From a virus (lineage: Duplodnaviria > Caudoviricetes), in the IMG/VR virus record IMGVR_UViG_3300017914_000750, positions 29,737-93,736 of that record: a stretch of 64,000 nucleotides of DNA; one strand, given 5' to 3'. Position 1 is the first letter of the stretch; every line of letters begins with the position of its first letter. Position numbers and translations under genes: made by a program. The notes under the pieces were generated by a model. It saw nothing but the letters and a program-made list of their open reading frames with translations. It ran no database searches and was not told where the DNA came from. Of this stretch, positions 57,643-64,000 are shown in pieces.

Positions 57643-59517
57643 TTAATAACTACTGGTTGAGGTTGTATTAAACCCTACCCCAGCACTCGATTCACCACTT
57701 GCGATGGTGTCTATCTCACCCTCTGTTTTAATATCATCACTAGAGATATCAATTAAGTTACCTCTTTCTGCAACGATATCATTTCCCGAAGGTATGACGG
57801 TGAAATCTATCGATGTATCAGTATTAACCGTAGAGGTTAATGTAATAGCATTGATAGTTATTAGTCCAGTGGAATAGTTAACTGTTCCAGCTGAACTATC
57901 TTGATATACTCTAGTTGACCCTGATAAGTAGTATCTTCTCAATACTCCATTACCATCATCGTCAAAATAATTTATATTGACGGAATCACCTTGAGTATAA
58001 AAACCTGTAGTTGTGGTAATACCACCTCCTGCTTTATTATGACCAGCATGAGGATTGAATAATGCATTACCAAAAGAAACTGTATATCCTTTAGAGTTTG
58101 AAGAAATTGTTGGTTTTAATTTTTTCTTCAATCTAATGTTTGTTGTATTTGATAAGATAGAGGAATCTGCAGCGTCAATTGTCTTTGTTAGATTTGAATG
58201 TCTAAAGATTGCGTCAAATCCATTTAGATTATCAGTATCAAATTGATTAATTGTATTCTTGACCAATGTTGCAAGTTCTCCACCTGTTAATGTTGTCAAG
58301 TTTGGATTGTATTTAAAAGTTGTTGTAATCAAAATCTTAACTATGTCTGCGTCTACGATTGTAGGTCTTACAGTCAACATGTTTAGTTTATTTAGATTTG
58401 CAATAACAGAGGCTTTTTCTGTTTCAGATAAGTAATCTGCATTGTTTGGTTTCAATGCAATGAATACTTTACCATACTCGGGTGGGTTGTTGTCTTCACC
58501 ACCCCATACTGCAACTGCGTCTGCATTTGGATAGTATTCTTGAACTTTTGCTTTGTAGTCGTTTAGTGTTACGAGTCTGTTTTGTGAAGTATAGAACTTT
58601 GTTGCTTTAAATTTTATTGACTCGATTGATTCTCTTTCTGAACCACCGTTTGCAGCTGAATCAACAACAATAGTTGAATCTGAATAACCATTGATTGTTG
58701 ATACTTGGTTAAATTTCTTAGCTCCATTTGCATGTTCTTCGTCTACCACTATGTAATCAACTGTAACCATATCACCGTCTAATAAAGCTGCACCTAATGT
58801 TCCGTCACCAAAGTAAATCTCTAAGAAACCTTCTTCGTTTTCTTGAGTATAATATATTTTAGAAGTTGTGGTGATAGTTGATATATCAGTTGACAATGCA
58901 TATGAAGAAGTTACTCCTCCTGAGTTTACAGTAACAGTAATTCTATTTGCGTCTACTCTTTTATTTGATAATACATACTTTGAATTTTTAAGTTGTGTAT
59001 CATGAACAAAAATATCTTGTGCGTATACTCCTTGAATTAATTCTACATTTGAATATGTGAATTGATTACTATCTACAGTTGGTGTATATGCAGTTGGTGT
59101 TACAAATTCGTAGTTAGTTCCTTCATATACAGTTTTAAAGATTGTTCCCCTAGGCATAATCATTGAATTGATTGTTGGAACTGAACCGTCTGCAGCTCTG
59201 ACATTATTTAAAACCATAGTTACATTTGCAGAAGCAGCTTTTTCTGAAGCAGGAGTAAATCCTAAATCCTTTGCACGGGACACAACATTCTTTCTAATTT
59301 GTGCTGAATCTAAGAACAACTCTGAAGCTGCAATGTTTGTATTTACTGCACCAATATGTGATGCATATGCAAGTAAGTCAATAAGAACTGACATTGTTGA
59401 ACCTTCGAAGTTATAGTCCTTGAATTGTTCCTGACCTTTGAGATAGTTTTTTAGATTATCAGATATGTTATCGAAATCTAAATCCGTGATATTAATTTGT
59501 GAACTGTTTACTGCCAT
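57643..59517 (-). CDS. gp6: baseplate wedge subunit
   Basis: LDFDNI, FKDYNFEGS, IYFGDG, QNRLVT..DY, WGGEDN.PP.YGKV. Confidence 0.95.
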   Translation of the reverse strand: MAVNSSQINITDLDFDNISDNLKNYLKGQEQFKDYNFEGSTMSVLIDLLAYASHIGAVNTNIAASELFLDSAQIRKNVVSRAKDLGFTPASEKAASANVTMVLNNVRAADGSVPTINSMIMPRGTIFKTVYEGTNYEFVTPTAYTPTVDSNQFTYSNVELIQGVYAQDIFVHDTQLKNSKYVLSNKRVDANRITVTVNSGGVTSSYALSTDISTITTTSKIYYTQENEEGFLEIYFGDGTLGAALLDGDMVTVDYIVVDEEHANGAKKFNQVSTINGYSDSTIVVDSAANGGSERESIESIKFKATKFYTSQNRLVTLNDYKAKVQEYYPNADAVAVWGGEDNNPPEYGKVFIALKPNNADYLSETEKASVIANLNKLNMLTVRPTIVDADIVKILITTTFKYNPNLTTLTGGELATLVKNTINQFDTDNLNGFDAIFRHSNLTKTIDAADSSILSNTTNIRLKKKLKPTISSNSKGYTVSFGNALFNPHAGHNKAGGGITTTTGFYTQGDSVNINYFDDDGNGVLRRYYLSGSTRVYQDSSAGTVNYSTGLITINAITLTSTVNTDTSIDFTVIPSGNDIVAERGNLIDISSDDIKTEGEIDTIASGESSAGVGFNTTSTSSY

Positions 59518-59930
59518 TATCGTGCCCTTGTTATATTAAATTCAACCTCTTGACCTGATAACCCATTTTTGATATTGTAGAATATAGTTACATCTAAACT
59601 GTTACCTTCTGTTTTGAATCGGCAACGAACATTTTCTACTCTAGGTTCAAAGTCTTCAATTGTCTTTGTAAGTCTTTCCTTTGCTCTGTTTAATTTTCTG
59701 TCGGTGTCTAATTCGAATAATAGTCCACGAATATTTCCACCCAAACTTGGTTTGAAAGGTCTCTCGTAATAGTTTGTAAGAACGATATTCTTTACTGCTC
59801 TCTTTACTGCATCTGCATCAGTCTTAACAGTTACATCTCCACTGATAGGGTGAGCTTTAAATAATAAATCAAGGTCGGAGTATGCTTCCTTGATTGCAAC
59901 ATTCTTACTTTTGTTTACATATTCGACCAT
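59517..59930 (-). CDS. gp25: baseplate wedge subunit
   Basis: YSDLDL.F..HP, ERPF.P.LG, FEPRV. Confidence 0.92.
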   Translation of the reverse strand: MVEYVNKSKNVAIKEAYSDLDLLFKAHPISGDVTVKTDADAVKRAVKNIVLTNYYERPFKPSLGGNIRGLLFELDTDRKLNRAKERLTKTIEDFEPRVENVRCRFKTEGNSLDVTIFYNIKNGLSGQEVEFNITRAR

Positions 59931-59947
59931 AATACTATTTATACAAA

Positions 59948-61210
59948 CTAATCAGGCTTCTTGGTTTTACCTGCTGAAGAACCTGAGGCAATTGTATGTG
60001 TATGAGTTGAAAGTTTAACACCTTTACCTGTTACTTCTCCTGTTGCAGTTATACTACTATCATTCTTCTGTGCTTTAGTTACATGAAGCGTTCCTGATAT
60101 CTTAGTATTTGATATAATTTCTGTTCCTGAATTACCTGTTATTGTTATTTTACCTTCAGAAGTTATATCTGTTGTTCCACCAATAGTTCCAGTCATGTTT
60201 CCTTTTGTAATCTCTGAAGTTACATTACCTTCTGAGATTGTTTCGGTTACATTTCCCTTTAATACTTTTAAATCTACATTACCTGTATTAACTGTTATGT
60301 TTACATTACCATGTCCAACCTGTAAGTCAGCGTTACCAGCAACATATAGTTTATCGTCTTTTAGAATTGCAGTATAATTATTGTTTACAATTCTAGTAAC
60401 CTCAGAACCGTCTGCATGAATCTCATGGAATGTTCCTGACCTATGGTGGATATTAATTCTTTCTTTACCTACAGTATCGTCTACTTCAACGACATGACCT
60501 GATTCTGATTGATATACTTTGTTATATGGATACACTGGTGCAGAATCTACATCTACAAAGTCTGCTAAAATTTGTTGTGTTTGTGGGTGAACTATATCAC
60601 CTTTTATTTTGTGGTCTAATACTGAACCTCTTGCAAGTGAAGAGTAATCTGATTCGTCTGTATACAAAGGATAGAACGGTAACATTTCTTTTGTTACTTC
60701 TAGTTCTTCGATTGTAGAACCTGTATTATCGTAATTTATTTTTAATTCTTTTGGTGCCTTTGGAGCAGTATCCATTGCACTAGTAAGACCAAAACCTCTT
60801 CTTGAATCTTGCACTGGGTTTGGGCCATCGGGTGTATCATTATAATCTGCAACTGTTAATTGTCTTGGGTCATTGAACCCTCTTTCTACTGACCTAGTAA
60901 TAAGTTGGTCTGAGATATCTTCTTTATATCCTGCTTGTGGTATACCTGCTACAGAACCAAGAATTATTGGGTCTTGTTTTGCTTGGTCTCTGAAATATCC
61001 AAACACTGTTGACCCCTCAATAAGTCCATGACCTGTTCCCATTCCTGATAATCCAGCAGAAGTTGTTGGAAGTATAACCTGACACCATGGTAAATCGGGT
61101 GTAGATATTAAAATCTTTTCGTCTGTATGAATCCCATGTATACGAACACGAACCCTACCAACTTGTAGAGGGTCTTGTCTATCTTCAACTATACCGTAAA
61201 AATATTCCAT
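59948..61210 (-). CDS. gp5: baseplate hub / tail spike protein (no lysozyme domain seen)
   Basis: GIVEDRQDP...GRVRVR..G.H OB-fold, YPYN...SESGH..E.DDT, beta-helix repeats, C-terminal HTH motif. Confidence 0.9.
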   Translation of the reverse strand: MEYFYGIVEDRQDPLQVGRVRVRIHGIHTDEKILISTPDLPWCQVILPTTSAGLSGMGTGHGLIEGSTVFGYFRDQAKQDPIILGSVAGIPQAGYKEDISDQLITRSVERGFNDPRQLTVADYNDTPDGPNPVQDSRRGFGLTSAMDTAPKAPKELKINYDNTGSTIEELEVTKEMLPFYPLYTDESDYSSLARGSVLDHKIKGDIVHPQTQQILADFVDVDSAPVYPYNKVYQSESGHVVEVDDTVGKERINIHHRSGTFHEIHADGSEVTRIVNNNYTAILKDDKLYVAGNADLQVGHGNVNITVNTGNVDLKVLKGNVTETISEGNVTSEITKGNMTGTIGGTTDITSEGKITITGNSGTEIISNTKISGTLHVTKAQKNDSSITATGEVTGKGVKLSTHTHTIASGSSAGKTKKPD

Positions 61211-62658
61211 TATGTAGCGTCCTCGGGTGGTGTTGATTTATCAAGTGGTCTTGCAGTTTCGATTTTCTTTGCATAACTTTCTTTTACACATTCTATAAAA
61301 CATAAACCTTGTTTTGTTTGTGGACTTCCTGATATTGATAAATCTGTAATTAAGTATCTATTGTCATTTACCTCGTCTTCAATATCACCAGCTCCCATAA
61401 CTTCGGGTGAAGTAATATTTAATTTTACAATCATACCTACTGACAAATCTGTTCTTAAAGGTATTGTTGCAATGATTCTATGTTGTTCTAATACTTCTAG
61501 TAAAGCTCTTCTTTGTAGGATACCTGTATCTTTTAATTTTCTTGCTTCGAATACTTCGGGTTCTGATAATGATGTTGCATTATCAAAAACATGATTACTA
61601 TGATAATCATTTATAATTAATACTTCGGGTTCTTTTGTTGGTTGTAATTCTATACCAATCTCATTTATCTTTGGTGAAGTTTGTGCGTCTTCTAAATTCT
61701 CTGCACTTAATACTCTTTCTAAATCGTCAACATATAACATAGGATTACCTGATACATGTTCACCTTTACCCATAACTGTTTCTAAATCATATATGTTTTC
61801 TTCTTCTAGTTTTCTAATAGGGTCGTATACCTTGAGAGTAGAAGCATATGCACCACCGACTGTTGCTTGTAATGTATCAAAGACTTGAGGTTTTTCATAT
61901 TGTAATATTTGTGTATTCAATCCTTTCGGTGCATTTATGTTTTCTTGTTCACTACCTACAAGTGCATTTCTAGGAGTATTACTAAACTCTATAGGAAACT
62001 CCATACTCATCATAGTATCTACTGATTGAAATCTAAATCCACCTGTTAAGGTTTGAAAAAAGAACATACCATTTTTATATGCAGCTGATTCTCCGATAGA
62101 AGAATTGTTAACTATGTAATCTATTAATTGTCCTATATTCCAATTCGGACATATGAATTGTTTGTTCTCGGGAACTGTTTGTTCCCAACCGTCAAATTCT
62201 TCTCTATCAAATTTACAAAAGTCTATCAAAACATTTTGTAGTATTTGGTCGTATCTTCCTCTCAATGCTTGACTTAATCTCTTCCTTCTTACAGTAAACA
62301 TTTTAGGGTCACATATTCTGAACATGTATGTTTGAGTTAATTCATCAGGTCTTTGCACATTGTCAACCTTATAGATTCTAAATGTTTTATCAATTGAAAA
62401 TTCGTCAGCTGATTTTTCGTCTGTTCCTTCTTTTTGTCTAATTGCAATCCTGATAAACTCCTGACCAGTCATTCTAAAGTTCTTTAATAAATTAATACCG
62501 TCCAATACAGATACATCACCTGTAACAAACTTATTAAAGATAGATTCATATAATTGAAAGTTACTTACCATATTGGTAAGGTCAACGGATTCGTTGTATT
62601 GATTTACGAGGGTTAAGGACTCAACGAAGAACTCACCCGCTGCAAAGTTTCCACTCAT
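61210..62658 (-). CDS. putative baseplate hub protein
   Basis: Between gp53 and gp5; YESIF...G, FFFQT..GF.F.S, YLIT motifs. Confidence 0.55.
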   Translation of the reverse strand: MSGNFAAGEFFVESLTLVNQYNESVDLTNMVSNFQLYESIFNKFVTGDVSVLDGINLLKNFRMTGQEFIRIAIRQKEGTDEKSADEFSIDKTFRIYKVDNVQRPDELTQTYMFRICDPKMFTVRRKRLSQALRGRYDQILQNVLIDFCKFDREEFDGWEQTVPENKQFICPNWNIGQLIDYIVNNSSIGESAAYKNGMFFFQTLTGGFRFQSVDTMMSMEFPIEFSNTPRNALVGSEQENINAPKGLNTQILQYEKPQVFDTLQATVGGAYASTLKVYDPIRKLEEENIYDLETVMGKGEHVSGNPMLYVDDLERVLSAENLEDAQTSPKINEIGIELQPTKEPEVLIINDYHSNHVFDNATSLSEPEVFEARKLKDTGILQRRALLEVLEQHRIIATIPLRTDLSVGMIVKLNITSPEVMGAGDIEDEVNDNRYLITDLSISGSPQTKQGLCFIECVKESYAKKIETARPLDKSTPPEDAT

Positions 62659-63380
62659 GATTTCATTACTTTTTCAAACGCAGATACAATCTGTTGTATC
62701 TTAGCTGGTTTGATAATTTTTATTTTTCTTTTCTCTTCGTTTTTTTCCCATTCGTCTTCCCAAAAAGTTTTTGCTTGATAGTCATTATCAAACTGATTTC
62801 TTTTTAGGTCACCTTTGAAATAATGACTTATACCGTCTCTATGGTGTGTTGTAAAATTAATTGAAAATGATTTACCTGAACTCTCTCCAGTAATAGTTCC
62901 CTCTGAAGGAGAATCAGCACCAAAATCACCCTTGATTGATTTTACACCAATTCGTTTATGAGTTGGGTCGACTTTTATAACAATCCCTTCTGACTGAGCA
63001 GTCTTAACCTTTTCTCCTAATAAAAACTTACTAGAAGAATCTATGATATCTGAAGTGCTGTTTGCATTGATTAGATATCCGTCATATTTTTGTTTTATAA
63101 ATTCTTCAAATTCCTGAGAGGTTTTAAACCAGTCAAAATAATTATCTAGGTCATTTACTAAATAAAGTGTCCAGTGTAAATCACCATTACCATAAATCTT
63201 AGAAGCAACTGTATCGGGTCTATCACCTTCTTGTAATTCATAAGTTGTATATTCAACTAATGAAGTTACAGATTCTTGTTCTATTCTAGACTTACGAAAG
63301 AAATCTTTGATAGTAATGACTTTACCATCACTTAACTTGTATTGAATATTTGGAAAGTTTTTAAAAAATTCTTGAGCCAT
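62655..63380 (-). CDS. gp53: baseplate wedge subunit
   Basis: FFKNFPNIQY, GDRPDTVA..IYG...HW, NEEKRKIK. Confidence 0.9.
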   Translation of the reverse strand: MAQEFFKNFPNIQYKLSDGKVITIKDFFRKSRIEQESVTSLVEYTTYELQEGDRPDTVASKIYGNGDLHWTLYLVNDLDNYFDWFKTSQEFEEFIKQKYDGYLINANSTSDIIDSSSKFLLGEKVKTAQSEGIVIKVDPTHKRIGVKSIKGDFGADSPSEGTITGESSGKSFSINFTTHHRDGISHYFKGDLKRNQFDNDYQAKTFWEDEWEKNEEKRKIKIIKPAKIQQIVSAFEKVMKS

Positions 63381-63382
63381 TA

Positions 63383-63994
63383 TTATCCTCCTCCGTCCTG
63401 ACTACCGTCTAATATACTTGGAGAACCTCCACCTGTTGCATCACCGATACCTAAATCACTTATAAGTTTTTCATGTGATACTTTTTGTGCATAAGTTTCT
63501 TGAGACATAATTCTAATTTCATTAAAAGCTAGAGAGAGTCCAGTTTTGGCAGGATAATATTTTCCGTCTGACCCTGCTATCATACCATGAGAGTTTCCAC
63601 CAAAAGTTGCAACATTACATTCAGTCATTACCATAGGAAGGAACCCCTCAACTTGTTCTTTGATTGGCCCTTCAAAGGAAACATCAAATATGTTTGGATA
63701 GTTAAAGAAGTTTTCATTAGGTGATTCGTCTTCAGACGCAAAAGTATCGGGAAGACCAGCAAGTCTCAATACTGTAATAATCTTTTGAACTTCTTGTGCC
63801 TCTTTTTCATTCTTAGGCATAAACTCATATTCAAAACTATGACTTCTAAAATCCACACCTTCTAAAAATTGTTCTTGCATAGGGTTAGTTGCTTGACCAG
63901 CTTTTAAGTTTTTAACCCCACCACTCATAGTGTTCATAACTTTATTGATTACTTCACCAGCTGCATTTTTAATTTCTTCAAAACCTTTATCCAT
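63383..63994 (-). CDS. gp48: baseplate tail-tube cap, likely 5'-truncated by the window edge
   Basis: NPMQEQF.EGVDFRSHSF.Y.F.PKN..EA, YPNIF; the reading frame stays open to the window end. Confidence 0.75.
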   Translation of the reverse strand: MDKGFEEIKNAAGEVINKVMNTMSGGVKNLKAGQATNPMQEQFLEGVDFRSHSFEYEFMPKNEKEAQEVQKIITVLRLAGLPDTFASEDESPNENFFNYPNIFDVSFEGPIKEQVEGFLPMVMTECNVATFGGNSHGMIAGSDGKYYPAKTGLSLAFNEIRIMSQETYAQKVSHEKLISDLGIGDATGGGSPSILDGSQDGGG

Positions 63995-64000
63995 TTTCTC

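Noticed and set aside
59948-61210. gp5 lacking a lysozyme domain as a novelty
   Set aside because: This is common among non-enteric T4-like phages.
1448-61594. Numerous plus-strand and nested alternative-frame ORFs of 60-190 aa
   Set aside because: They lie opposite or within well-supported genes, consistent with codon-bias shadows, and show no motifs.

Overview
This window is part of a large, AT-rich T4-like myovirus genome, probably marine; the host cannot be determined from it. All credible genes are on the minus strand. In transcription order (right to left) it holds baseplate genes (gp48, gp53, gp5, gp25, gp6, gp7-like, gp8) and a VrlC/DUF4815-like giant virion protein, then a tail-fibre cluster and an accessory block (ParB-like/glycosyltransferase fusion, 2OG-Fe(II) oxygenases). 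These are followed by neck, terminase, tail and head genes (gp13-gp23), gp3, uvsY, uvsW, gp55, gp47, gp46, peptide deformylase and a CobT-like HExxH/vWA protein. The most striking signal is in two adjacent Pro/Gln/Tyr-rich genes (33591-35003 and 32770-33576). Each has 27 Pro-initiated repeat units totalling 242 aa, and their unit-length series are exact mirror images with a consistent pairing of unit types. A Hint domain sits at the junction between them, and a third gene (41675-43306) shows the same mirror code within one chain. This suggests an antiparallel protein zipper fibre, split in two with an autoprocessing tip. Other notable items are a glutamine (glnA-type) riboswitch ahead of an unannotated 39-aa YRG peptide, a PRMT-like methyltransferase between the terminase genes, six tightly packed small membrane proteins (five ATGA-coupled), widespread apparently leaderless late genes, and a leader with three AGUGA-loop hairpins. 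Product calls come from recognised motifs and T4-like synteny; no database search was run.
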